In this document: in pieces, positions 8,938 to 18,478 of the stretch
Numbering within the stretch: the stretch's first letter is position 1
Layout: every line of letters begins with the position of its first letter
NCBI GenBank assembly: GCA_944351415.1
Contig: CALVPQ010000004.1
Coordinates: 86 to 64,085 of the forward strand
From: an uncultured Clostridia bacterium
Lineage (GTDB): Bacteria; Bacillota; Clostridia; Christensenellales; UBA1242
DNA length: 64,000 nt
Direction of reading: 5' to 3'
The notes under the pieces: model-generated
Seen by the model: only the letters and a program-made list of their open reading frames with translations
What the model was told of the DNA's origin: nothing
Database searches by the model: none
Made by a program: the position numbers and the translations under genes

Positions 8938-10995
8938 TTGGATATAAAAGAAAAAGAATATCTTTTAAAAACTTTAAAAGTTATTGACAAGAAAATAATT
9001 GAAAATAATGAGAAACTTAAAGCTGTTAGAACAAAACTTAAACTTGGTGTTAGCGACCTTGCAGAAAACTTCCATGATAAAGAAAGTGACCTTTCTTCTA
9101 TATATAGCAATTTGGCAGATATTGAATCACTTGAAGGAGAAATTTTTAAAGAAAGCAAAAAGTTAACACTTCAAAAACAACACCCATATTTTGCTCGTAT
9201 AGACTTTTTGCCAAATAATAGAAAAACTGTGCAAAAAGTATATATTGGCATTGGAAATCTTGTAGATGATAATAAATTATATGTTGCAGACTGGCGTGCC
9301 CCTATATCTTCTATGTATTATGATTTTAATCTTGGCCCAGCTAGTTTTAAAATTGGAAAAACTGAATATAGCGGACAGCTTCAACTTAAAAGGCAGTATA
9401 AAATAGAAGATGGACAACTTTTATCGTATTTTGACACAGATATAACGATAAATGATGAAATCTTACAGGAAATTCTTTCTCATAATGTGTCAGTAAAAAT
9501 GAAGCAAATTGTTTCTTCAATACAAAAAGAACAAAATGAAATTATGAGAAAGGATATTGGTGATAGTATGCTTGTGCAAGGTGTTGCAGGCTCTGGAAAA
9601 ACATCTATAGCCCTTCATAGAGCAGCTTATCTTCTTTATAAACATCGTGGACAAATCAAAAGTAAGGATATTTTAATTATTTCCCCTAATAACGTGTTCT
9701 CAAGTTATATATCCGAAGTTTTGCCACAACTTGGCGAAGATAATCTTGTTGAAACAACTTTTGCGCAAATTGCTAGAGCAGAACTTAAGCGCCCTATTCA
9801 ATCAAGGGAAAGTATGCTCGACGATATAGCAACAAACCCTAAACAAAGTTTGCTTGACGAAATTTCTTATAAATCTTCTTATGAATATCTTGATAGTTTG
9901 CTTAGATTTTTAAAAGGTCCTTTCCTTGAGACATTTACCCCACAAAATCTTTCTTATGTTGTTCGAGAAAATCTTGATAATAGTGTTGAAACAATAGACT
10001 TTCCTGCAGAGCAGACAAAAGAACTCTTTTTTAAAACATTTAAGGGTCTTGACCTTTATGAACGCATTAATAAAATTGCTTGGCAATATGCCATGGTTTT
10101 CACAGAAGAACGACATTACACAAAAGAGCAAAATAAAGCTCTGCGTGATAGATTTAAACGTATATTATATAAATTTTTACCTATTCGTGACGTTAATAAG
10201 ATTTTTGAAATTTTTATGGCAAGAGAAGGTTTTAAGGTAAGCAAAAAACCTAGCATAGATTATATTGATAAAGGCACATATCTTGCAATTAAATACTTCT
10301 TATATGGTTTTGACCATGACTTTTCAGCAAAATATCTTATAATTGATGAGATGCAAGACTTTACCCCTGTTGATATATATTTATTTAGAAAACTTTGGAA
10401 CTGCCCTTGCATTGTGGTTGGTGACGTTCATCAATGTATTGAAAAAAATCCAGCACCTGAATATCTGCAAATAACAGCAGACTTTTTAGGTTGCAGATTG
10501 CTTGAACTTAAGAAAACCTACCGCTCTACAAAGGAAATTGCTAAGTTTGCAAACAGTCTTATAGGACTTAATGATATTGAATTTGTTAACAGAAGCGGAA
10601 AAGAGCCTGTTTTATATAAAACAACAAATCAAGCAAATACAATTTTGAAGATTATAAACAAAGAATGTCAAGACTATGACCACATTGCTATAATATGCAA
10701 ATGCAACAAAGAAGCAATAGCCTTACACAAAGAACTTTCAAAACTTACTAATTGCACTCTTCTTAATGAACCAGAGGATTATAATAATAGAATACTTATA
10801 ACATCTTGTGCAACAGCAAAAGGTATTGAATTTGATGCTGTGATTATCCCTAATGCTGACAGTGAAAACTATAAAAATACTATAGATAAAAATATTATCT
10901 ATGTTTCTGCAACGAGAGCACTCCATAAGCTTTTCTTTGTTTGCCAAAAAGAGCAAAGCCATTTACTTAAAGATATTGACATAATAGAAGAATAA
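8938..10995 (+). CDS. helD: HelD-type (helicase IV-like) UvrD-family helicase
   Basis: QHPYFARIDF N-terminal signature, Walker A GVAGSGKTSIALHRAAYL, IIDEMQDF, C-terminal YVSATRALHKL. TTG start with AAGGGGG 8 nt upstream. Confidence 0.8.
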   Translation: MDIKEKEYLLKTLKVIDKKIIENNEKLKAVRTKLKLGVSDLAENFHDKESDLSSIYSNLADIESLEGEIFKESKKLTLQKQHPYFARIDFLPNNRKTVQKVYIGIGNLVDDNKLYVADWRAPISSMYYDFNLGPASFKIGKTEYSGQLQLKRQYKIEDGQLLSYFDTDITINDEILQEILSHNVSVKMKQIVSSIQKEQNEIMRKDIGDSMLVQGVAGSGKTSIALHRAAYLLYKHRGQIKSKDILIISPNNVFSSYISEVLPQLGEDNLVETTFAQIARAELKRPIQSRESMLDDIATNPKQSLLDEISYKSSYEYLDSLLRFLKGPFLETFTPQNLSYVVRENLDNSVETIDFPAEQTKELFFKTFKGLDLYERINKIAWQYAMVFTEERHYTKEQNKALRDRFKRILYKFLPIRDVNKIFEIFMAREGFKVSKKPSIDYIDKGTYLAIKYFLYGFDHDFSAKYLIIDEMQDFTPVDIYLFRKLWNCPCIVVGDVHQCIEKNPAPEYLQITADFLGCRLLELKKTYRSTKEIAKFANSLIGLNDIEFVNRSGKEPVLYKTTNQANTILKIINKECQDYDHIAIICKCNKEAIALHKELSKLTNCTLLNEPEDYNNRILITSCATAKGIEFDAVIIPNADSENYKNTIDKNIIYVSATRALHKLFFVCQKEQSHLLKDIDIIEE

Positions 10996-11058
10996 ATTTT
11001 TAAAATTTAGCTATTAAAATAAAAAAAATTACAAATTTCACCATAATTTTGATGGTTA

Positions 11059-11398
11059 TGTGGACAAAAATGTGGATAACCTTATAACATTTGTTTATAA
11101 TTATGCAAAATACCTTTTAAATTATATATAAAATAATAACTATATCAAAGTTTCAAATTTTATTAAAAAAATCAATTTTTAAAAGTCAAGAAAATTATTG
11201 CAGTTTTTACAACAATCTTTATAAAATTATTTTGAAATAAGTCTGATTTTAGTTGAAATCACGAAAAATTGATGTGGAAATGTGGATAACTTGCCATGTA
11301 TAACCCTCAAAATCGTCAAAATCCCCAATTTTGCATAAAAATTAATGCTTATGTATAATTATTTATATGTGGAAATGTGGATAACTTTTTGTGGATAA
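11059..11398. promoter_or_regulatory. DnaA-box cluster (oriC-like or DnaA-titrating region)
   Basis: Perfect TGTGGATAA (complement of TTATCCACA) at 11071, 11281, 11376 and 11390. Near-perfect boxes at 11059 (TGTGGACAA), 11273 and 11368 (TGTGGAAAT). All are in one orientation inside a 594-bp non-coding AT-rich gap. Confidence 0.75.
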
Positions 11399-11589
11399 CT
11401 GTATAGTCTTTCCCCTGCTTTTTTCGTAAAATTGCTAAATTTTTGCTAAAAACCTTTTTATTTTATTTTGACTTTTTATTTCTTTGTTTTATTATTTAGA
11501 TATATTATTTTGATTAATTAATAACTTTACTTTTTTCTTCAACTACATTTTATATCTATACTATAATTTATAATCAAAAAGGAGTATTT

Positions 11590-12903
11590 ATGAACGATAG
11601 AAAACTTATAACTCCACGAAAATTGTCGGGTTTTATGGAACTTCCACCCTACAAACAAGTGGTATTTGATAAGATGATTGAAAAAATAAAAAATGTTTAT
11701 CAGAATTTTGCTTTTATGCCACTTGATACACCTGTGCTTGAATATAGTGAAATTCTTATGGCTAAAAGTGGTGGTTCTATAGATAAAGAAGTTTATGCTT
11801 TTAAAAAAGGTGACACTGATATTTGTATGCGCTATGATTTGACAGTGCCACTTGCTAGATATGTTGCTATGAATGTTAACGAGATTGCTTTTCCCTTTAA
11901 GCGTTATCAAATAGGAAAGGTATATCGTGGAGAGAAGGCCCAAAAAGGTAGATTTAGAGAATTTTTGCAATGTGATGCTGATATTGTTGGATTTGATGAA
12001 CTTCCTATTGTTGCTGATGCTGAATGTCTTGCTATTGTTGATAAGGTCTTTAAAGCCCTTGAACTTAAAATTTTAAATCACATTTCAAATAGAAATATTC
12101 TTTTTGGATATTGTGAAGCCCTAGGATATAAAGATAAAACACAAGATATATTGACTATCCTTGATAAAATTGGCAAGATTGGAAAAGAAAATGCAATATT
12201 GGAACTTAATAGCCTAGGTGTTAGCATAGATGACTGCAATAATCTTATAATGCTTACTTTAAAAAATGGGAAATTTTGTGATGTTCTAGATGAAATTAAA
12301 GATTTGACGGATAACGAAACCTATCAAAAAGGTGTAAATGAACTTAGCGAAATTTATAAATATATGCAAGCTATGGGTGTTGATGAAAATTGCTATATTC
12401 TTGATGTAGGAGTTATTCGAGGACAAAATTACTATACAGGAACAGTTTTTGAAGCAATGATGCCAGAACACCCTGAATTTTTAACAGTTTGCGGTGGTGG
12501 AAGATATGATAATCTTGCTGGCTATTATACCGATAAAAAACTGCCTGGAGTTGGGCTTAGTATTGGTCTTACAAGACTCTTTGACCTTTTAGACCAAGCT
12601 GGACTTTTAACTGAGTATAAACTTACAAATATTGAACTTCAAATTATACCACTTGGTGACACCCTTTATGAATGTTTTAAACTTCAAAAGTTTTTCAGTG
12701 ACTTTCTTGTATGTGATGTTAATTATGAAAACCGCTCTTTTAAAGCTAAGATGAAAGAAGCAAATCGCAAACAAATCCCTTTTATCCTTATTGTTGGTGA
12801 AGATGAAATTAATAGTGGTTTGTATGCCTTAAAAGATATGAATAGTGGTCAACAATGGAATTTAGCAAAAGAAGATTGTCTGAAAAAAATCACTGAAAAA
12901 TAA
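11590..12903 (+). CDS. hisS: histidine--tRNA ligase
   Basis: Class II motifs RYDLTVPLARY, FKRYQIGKVYRGEKAQKGRFREFLQCDADIVG, GGGRYDNL, plus a C-terminal anticodon-binding domain. AAAGGAG SD. Confidence 0.93.
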   Translation: MNDRKLITPRKLSGFMELPPYKQVVFDKMIEKIKNVYQNFAFMPLDTPVLEYSEILMAKSGGSIDKEVYAFKKGDTDICMRYDLTVPLARYVAMNVNEIAFPFKRYQIGKVYRGEKAQKGRFREFLQCDADIVGFDELPIVADAECLAIVDKVFKALELKILNHISNRNILFGYCEALGYKDKTQDILTILDKIGKIGKENAILELNSLGVSIDDCNNLIMLTLKNGKFCDVLDEIKDLTDNETYQKGVNELSEIYKYMQAMGVDENCYILDVGVIRGQNYYTGTVFEAMMPEHPEFLTVCGGGRYDNLAGYYTDKKLPGVGLSIGLTRLFDLLDQAGLLTEYKLTNIELQIIPLGDTLYECFKLQKFFSDFLVCDVNYENRSFKAKMKEANRKQIPFILIVGEDEINSGLYALKDMNSGQQWNLAKEDCLKKITEK

Positions 12904-12912
12904 TTGTAATTT

Positions 12913-12946
12913 AAAAAAATTGACTTAAATAGTCAATTTTTTTTTA
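12913..12946 (+). terminator. intrinsic terminator of hisS
   Basis: AAAAAAATTGACT-TAAAT-AGTCAATTTTTTT perfect hairpin followed by a T-run. Confidence 0.8.
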
Positions 12947-13070
12947 TTTGGTTTTTATTCTCAGTTTTAAGTTATTGTTTTAGGTCGATTTTTGTTTTGG
13001 CTTACAGATGGTATTTTGGCAAACTATTTATTTGCTTGTAAAACATCTTGTTTTTGTATATAATATCTAT

Positions 13071-14909
13071 ATGAATGATAAAATACGTGAAAAACTTAAA
13101 CTTTTAACCACAAAACCTGGTGTTTACATAATGCGAGATAAAAATGGCAATGTTATCTATGTTGGCAAAGCAAAGAACCTTAAAAACAGGGTTAGTCAAT
13201 ATTTTAGAAACTCCCCTAAACAAGCAAAAGTTCAAGCAATGGTTGATAATGTTGATATATTTGACTACTTTATCACTATGAGCGAAATGGACGCCCTTGC
13301 ACTTGAAAGCAATTTAATAAAAAAATATCAGCCCTTTTATAATATACTTTTAAAAGATGGCAAACAATTTCCATACATTAAAATTGATATGAAAGAGCCT
13401 TTCCCTAAACTTGAAATAGTTAGAAAGGTTAAAAAAGATGGTGCTAGATATTTTGGTCCTTATTTTGCAGGTATTGATGCAAGAGAAATATTAAAAACTA
13501 TTAATTCTGCTTTCAAAATTAGAACTTGCAATCTTAAGATAACTGAAACCTCTATGGCAAAACGCGAGTGTTTAAACTATTCACTTGGACTTTGTTCCGC
13601 CCCTTGCACTAAACGTATAACAAAGGAAGATTACTTGAAAGAAATAGATAGAGTTATCAATTTTTTGAATGGAAATGATGAAGAAATTGAAGAAATTTTA
13701 ACAGAAAAAATGCAACAAGCAGCAAATAACGAAAATTTTGAAAATGCTATTCTTCTTCGCGATAGACTTAAGATGATAGCAAAATTAAAGCAACGTGTGG
13801 TTGCGAATTTACCTAAAGATGTTAGTAAAGATGTTTTTGCATATTATACTGATGGATTAAGTGGTGTTATCACTAATATGGTTGTGCGCGGTGGTAAAAT
13901 TCTTGGTATTATATCTTATCCTTGTCTTGATGCAGAGCTTGAAGAAGGACAAACTTTATTTAATTTCATCGTGCAATATTATCAAAATCTTCTTGTGCCA
14001 AATGAAATTATTTTATCGCATAATATTGAAGATAAAGAACTTTTATACGAATTTTTTAACAAAAAGGTTAATATTATCACAAATCCTCACGGAATTAATA
14101 AAAACTTGCTTGATATGGCTCTTGTTAATGCAAAAGAATACTTGAATAAGTATATTGAAAAAGAGAAACTTAAGTATAATAATACCCTTGGGGCTATTAA
14201 AAACTTACAAGAAAAGTTACAACTTCGAGAATTGCCTAAGCGCATGGAATGTTATGATATTTCAAATATTAGCGGGACTAATAAAGTTTGCTCTATGGTG
14301 GTTTTTAAAAATGGTGAAGCAAGCAAAAAAGACTATAGAAAATTTAAGATAAAAACTGTTAAGGGAGCAAATGATTTTGCATCACTTGCAGAAGCTTTGA
14401 CACGTCGTCTTAAAAGACTTATTGAACAAAATGGTGAAAGTTTTAAAGAAAAACCTAACCTTATTATCATTGATGGTGGAAAAGGACAAATCTCAACCTG
14501 TTATAACATTTTGAAAGAATTTAAACTAGACAATAAAATCGATATGATTGGACTGGCAAAGAAACAAGAGGAAGTGTTTTTCCCAGAACGCTCTCAACCT
14601 GTGCTTTTAAAACCTGGGAGTGTTGAGCTTAAACTTATACAACGAATAAGAGATGAAGCACATAGATTTGCTATAACCTATCATCGAGAACTTCGGACAG
14701 CCAAAATGACTAAGTCTGTGCTTGATGATATTCCAGGTATCGGACCTAAAAAACGTGATGCACTTCTTAGGGCCTTTGGCACAAGTGAAGAAGTTGCAAA
14801 GGCAAGTGTTGAACTTTTGCAAACTGTGCCTGAGATTTCTCCAGCACTTGCAAGCACAATTTTTAACTTTTTTCAACAACACCCTATCGATTATATAACT
14901 GAAGAGTAA
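13071..14909 (+). CDS. uvrC: excinuclease ABC subunit C
   Basis: GIY-YIG PGVYIMRDKNGNVIYVGKAKNLKNRVSQY, UVR domain, C-terminal HhH LDDIPGIGPKKRDALL. Start moved to ATG 13071 (MNDKIREKLK), the conserved N-terminus. Confidence 0.93.
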   Translation: MNDKIREKLKLLTTKPGVYIMRDKNGNVIYVGKAKNLKNRVSQYFRNSPKQAKVQAMVDNVDIFDYFITMSEMDALALESNLIKKYQPFYNILLKDGKQFPYIKIDMKEPFPKLEIVRKVKKDGARYFGPYFAGIDAREILKTINSAFKIRTCNLKITETSMAKRECLNYSLGLCSAPCTKRITKEDYLKEIDRVINFLNGNDEEIEEILTEKMQQAANNENFENAILLRDRLKMIAKLKQRVVANLPKDVSKDVFAYYTDGLSGVITNMVVRGGKILGIISYPCLDAELEEGQTLFNFIVQYYQNLLVPNEIILSHNIEDKELLYEFFNKKVNIITNPHGINKNLLDMALVNAKEYLNKYIEKEKLKYNNTLGAIKNLQEKLQLRELPKRMECYDISNISGTNKVCSMVVFKNGEASKKDYRKFKIKTVKGANDFASLAEALTRRLKRLIEQNGESFKEKPNLIIIDGGKGQISTCYNILKEFKLDNKIDMIGLAKKQEEVFFPERSQPVLLKPGSVELKLIQRIRDEAHRFAITYHRELRTAKMTKSVLDDIPGIGPKKRDALLRAFGTSEEVAKASVELLQTVPEISPALASTIFNFFQQHPIDYITEE

Positions 14910-15068
14910 ATTTTTTGTTTATAGAATTTAATTGTTTATGTAATTTTTATAAAAAAATTTTTATTTAAGTGGCTATTATAAAAATTTAGTCACTTTTTAT
15001 TTTTAAATATTTTAATTTTTGTTTGTAAAATACTTAAAAATTTGTATACTAAAAACGGAGGTTATAAT

Positions 15069-16214
15069 ATGAGAAAAATTACTATGGTTCAATATGGTTG
15101 TGGAAAAATGAGTAAATACACAATCAAATATGCACTTGAAAAAGGGGTTAAAATTGTTGGAGCATTTGACATTAACCCTGATTTAATAGGCAAAGATATT
15201 TCTGAAATTATTGGAAGTGACAAAAAACTTAATGTTAAAGTGCAAGATGCACGCGAATTTGATGAATTTTTGAAAACTCATGATGTTGATGTTGCAATTG
15301 TGACTACTACTAGCGTTTTCGCTGAAAACTACCCTATTTATGAAATTTGTGCTAAAAATGGTGTTAATGCAATTTCTACCTGTGAAGAAGCTTTTTATGC
15401 ACAAAATTCAAACCCTAAACTTACTAAAAAACTTGATAAACTTGCAAAAGAAACTGGTTGCACAATTTGTGGTAGCGGATACCAAGATGTGTTTTGGGGC
15501 AACCTTATAAGTGTTATTGGTGGAGCTACTCATAAGATTGTTAAAATCAAAGGTAAATCCAGCTATAACGTTGAGGACTATGGTATAAGTCTTGCTAAAG
15601 TCCACGGTGTGGGATTGACAAAAGAAGAATTTCAAAAAGAAATTTCTGACCCTGAAAATATTTCTGACGAAGAACTTAAAAAACTTATCAATGCCGGTAA
15701 ATTCGCCCCTTGTTATATGTGGAATGTGAATGGTTGGCTCTGTTCTAAATTAGGACTGCATGTTGTAAGACAAACTCAACGCTCTGTTCCTCAATTTGCA
15801 AAAGAAGACTTGCACTCTTCTACCCTTAATATGACTATTCCTAAAGGTTATTGCACTGGACTTAGTGCTGTTGTTACAACTGAAACTAAAGAAGGCACAA
15901 CAATTGTTAGTGAATGTATTGGCAAAGTTTATGGTCCAGATGATTATGACTGTAACGACTGGACAATTGAAGGCGAGCCTACAACTCGAGTTGTGATTGA
16001 AAGACCGTCAACAGCAGAACTTACTTGTGCAACAGTGATTAATCGTATTGTTGAAGTGTTGGTTGCTGAACCTGGCTATACAACCACTGAACAGATGCCT
16101 GAAAACATCTATAAGGCACATAATCTTGATAAATATATTGAAATTGTTGATATTTGTGAAGATGAAAACTGTGATGGTCATTGTAAGCATGAACATAATA
16201 ATAGTAGTAAGTAA
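15069..16214 (+). CDS. NAD(P)-binding DapB-like / 2,4-diaminopentanoate dehydrogenase-family oxidoreductase (tentative)
   Basis: Rossmann N-terminus MVQYGCGKMSKYTIKYALEKGVKIVGAFD. GGAGG SD upstream of ATG 15069. Cys/His-rich tail CEDENCDGHCKHEH. Confidence 0.55.
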   Translation: MRKITMVQYGCGKMSKYTIKYALEKGVKIVGAFDINPDLIGKDISEIIGSDKKLNVKVQDAREFDEFLKTHDVDVAIVTTTSVFAENYPIYEICAKNGVNAISTCEEAFYAQNSNPKLTKKLDKLAKETGCTICGSGYQDVFWGNLISVIGGATHKIVKIKGKSSYNVEDYGISLAKVHGVGLTKEEFQKEISDPENISDEELKKLINAGKFAPCYMWNVNGWLCSKLGLHVVRQTQRSVPQFAKEDLHSSTLNMTIPKGYCTGLSAVVTTETKEGTTIVSECIGKVYGPDDYDCNDWTIEGEPTTRVVIERPSTAELTCATVINRIVEVLVAEPGYTTTEQMPENIYKAHNLDKYIEIVDICEDENCDGHCKHEHNNSSK

Positions 16215-16309
16215 ATTTTTAACACATATATAGTTCAACACTCTTTTTAAAAAAATAAGTGCGGGAAAATAAATTTATCTATAAAGGAAGTTGGTGCGGG
16301 AAAAATAAG

Positions 16310-16402
16310 GCGATTGAAAGTGCACACAAATTTTTGTGTGCCAAAAAGCATTTGGCTTTTTGAAAAATTTTAAAGTTCCTTTAAAATTTTACTTTCAATC
16401 GC
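16310..16402 (+). ncRNA. four-way-junction hairpin module in the tmk leader; candidate structured RNA or branched terminator
   Basis: 12-bp closing stem GCGATTGAAAGT/ACTTTCAATCGC. Hairpins 16322-16341 (8 bp), 16342-16362 (8 bp) and 16364-16390 (12 bp) are all perfect. TTTTT follows. Confidence 0.5.
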
Positions 16403-16422
16403 TTTTTATAAAGGAGAAAAAT

Positions 16423-17061
16423 ATGAATAAAGGTTATTTTATTTCATTTGAAGGTGGAGAGGCTTGTGGGAAAAGCACACAAATAAAGATGCTTAAAGAT
16501 TATATCTCTTCACTTTCTCAAACAGATAAATTTTTATTTGTTAGAGAACCAGGCGGAACACCTTTAACAGAAGAAATAAGAAGGCTTATTTTAAATTATG
16601 AAATTGACAAACCACTCGAAATGACAGAGTTATTGTTATTTTGTGCTGCTAGAGTTGAAGATGTTGAAAAATGCATAAAACCTGCCCTAGCGCAAGGTAA
16701 AGTTGTTGTTGCAGACAGGTTTTATGATTCAACAATTGCATATCAAGGAATGGCACGGCAAATTATGAGCAGTGAAGATATACTTACACTTACAAAAAAA
16801 ATTATAGGCGATATTAAACCAGATTTAACGTTTTATCTTAAATTATCCCCAGAAGAAGCTTTTAAAAGAAAATTATCTATGAATGGAGAACTTGATAGAA
16901 TTGAAAAAGAAAGTATAGAATTTCACAGAGCAGTTGCAAAAGGATATGAACTTATTGCATCTATTGAAAAAGAAAGATTTTATGTGATTGATGCAAGTAA
17001 GCCATCAGATAAAATCTTTAATGAAATTATTAAAGTTTTAAAAAATAAAGATATTCTCTAA
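16423..17061 (+). CDS. tmk: thymidylate (dTMP) kinase
   Basis: P-loop ISFEGGEACGKSTQ, DRFYDSTIAYQG. AAGGAG sits 6 nt before ATG 16423. The 16336 ORF start lies inside the hairpin module and is rejected. Confidence 0.92.
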   Translation: MNKGYFISFEGGEACGKSTQIKMLKDYISSLSQTDKFLFVREPGGTPLTEEIRRLILNYEIDKPLEMTELLLFCAARVEDVEKCIKPALAQGKVVVADRFYDSTIAYQGMARQIMSSEDILTLTKKIIGDIKPDLTFYLKLSPEEAFKRKLSMNGELDRIEKESIEFHRAVAKGYELIASIEKERFYVIDASKPSDKIFNEIIKVLKNKDIL

Positions 17062-17062
17062 A

Positions 17063-17093
17063 AAAAACATTAAAATTAAATTTTAATGTTTTT
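17063..17093. terminator. bidirectional terminator (tmk / M16 peptidase gene)
   Basis: AAAAACATTAAAAT-TAA-ATTTTAATGTTTTT, 14 perfect bp. Confidence 0.7.
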
Positions 17094-18414
17094 ATTTATT
17101 TTTTAATTTAATTTTTTTACAATAGTTAGGATAATCAAACTCTCTATATTTTTCATCTTCTGTTATAACAACCATATTAGGTTTTTTGTTTATAATAAGT
17201 TTAAGTTTATCAATCACCTCTTGATATGTTATTGATTTATATAAATTTTCATAGTATTCATATTCTTTGTCGCCTAAAAGTGTGCCATATCTATCATAAG
17301 AACCATAATTTTTATCTGCCTGGTCATATATTCCAAGTTGGTCAAAATTAATATTACCTATAGTTCTAGTGATTTTTGTATCAAAACGATTTTGTGTTAT
17401 TTCACTAAATATAGAATTAATAAATTCAGGATAAACATCTAAAATTTTATCTACATTACTTTCTGAACATTGAACATTAAAAGAAAAATATGTTGTATCT
17501 ATATATTGATTATAACCGACCGAACAGCTATAGCACAGCTCATATTTTTGTCTAAAGAAGTTAAAGGCTGTTTCATTTAGTAAACCAGAAACTATTCTAT
17601 TTACTGCCGCCACCCTTCTATCATAATAAATGGTTTTTTCAGCTGTCTTTTCCAGTTTATAATCTAAACTTATCAACCCTTTACCCTTTTCATAAGGTTT
17701 AGAATAATAATAATTTGGTCCTTTATCCCCAATATTATCAAGTCTTGAAAAACCCTTTTTCCCTTGTGCTTTTATTCTCGTTGAAATATATTTATCTACA
17801 AGTGTTTCTACTTCATTTTTTGAAATATTGCCAACAACATTTACTATTAAGTTTTCTTTATTAATATATGTTTTAATGAATTTTTTTATATCGCTAAGGG
17901 TTATCTTTGATATACTTTCTATACTTCCAGCGGCTGAATATTCATGATTCCTTATTTCTTTATTTTTTGCCTGCTCCTTATCAAGAATAAGCCCTAGAAG
18001 CCCAGAATTAGTGCGTCTTCTTGTGTTTATTTCATCACTTATAATTCTGAACTCTGATTCAAATTCTTTTTGTGAATAGATTAAACTATCAAATGCTTCT
18101 GTCATTATATCAACCGCACCATCAATTTCTTTGCTTGTTGCAGATGCAACAAAAGTCATCTCATAGGTTGATGTGTATGCATTAAAGTATTGATATTTTC
18201 TACGCAGTTCCGTTCTTTCATCTCTTGTATGTTTTTTTGTGGAAAATCCCATTAAAACATGTTCACAAAAGTGAGCTAGTCCTGACTTGCCTAAAGTATC
18301 ATTATTAGAGCCTGCCTTAAAATGAAGTTCAAATATAACCCCTTTTATATTTGGTATATATTCACTTATTATTGTTATTCCGTCTTTACTTTTAAAAACT
18401 GTTTGTTCCATCAC
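17092..18414 (-). CDS. M16 (insulinase/pitrilysin) family zinc peptidase
   Basis: Inverted zinc motif HFCEH (HxxEH) near the N-terminus. 440 aa with the two-domain M16 layout. Confidence 0.8.
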   Translation of the reverse strand: MMEQTVFKSKDGITIISEYIPNIKGVIFELHFKAGSNNDTLGKSGLAHFCEHVLMGFSTKKHTRDERTELRRKYQYFNAYTSTYEMTFVASATSKEIDGAVDIMTEAFDSLIYSQKEFESEFRIISDEINTRRRTNSGLLGLILDKEQAKNKEIRNHEYSAAGSIESISKITLSDIKKFIKTYINKENLIVNVVGNISKNEVETLVDKYISTRIKAQGKKGFSRLDNIGDKGPNYYYSKPYEKGKGLISLDYKLEKTAEKTIYYDRRVAAVNRIVSGLLNETAFNFFRQKYELCYSCSVGYNQYIDTTYFSFNVQCSESNVDKILDVYPEFINSIFSEITQNRFDTKITRTIGNINFDQLGIYDQADKNYGSYDRYGTLLGDKEYEYYENLYKSITYQEVIDKLKLIINKKPNMVVITEDEKYREFDYPNYCKKIKLKNK

Positions 18415-18478
18415 AACCCCTTAAAACTAGTTAGAAAAATCACAAGATAAATCTTGTGACATCTCTTTGTATAACGAA

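Noticed and set aside
8742-9158. 138-aa minus-strand ORF between gyrA and helD
   Set aside because: It runs through hairpin module 1 and the helD SD and start. It is Ser/Leu/Phe low-complexity typical of antisense reading of an AT-rich region, and it has no SD.
11539-11970. 143-aa minus-strand ORF overlapping the hisS start
   Set aside because: It is antisense to a confidently identified hisS. It has no SD and no motif.
16336-16422. Upstream extension of the tmk ORF (MCQKAFGFLKNF...)
   Set aside because: It lies inside the perfectly paired hairpin module. The conserved dTMP kinase N-terminus and AAGGAG SD fit ATG 16423.
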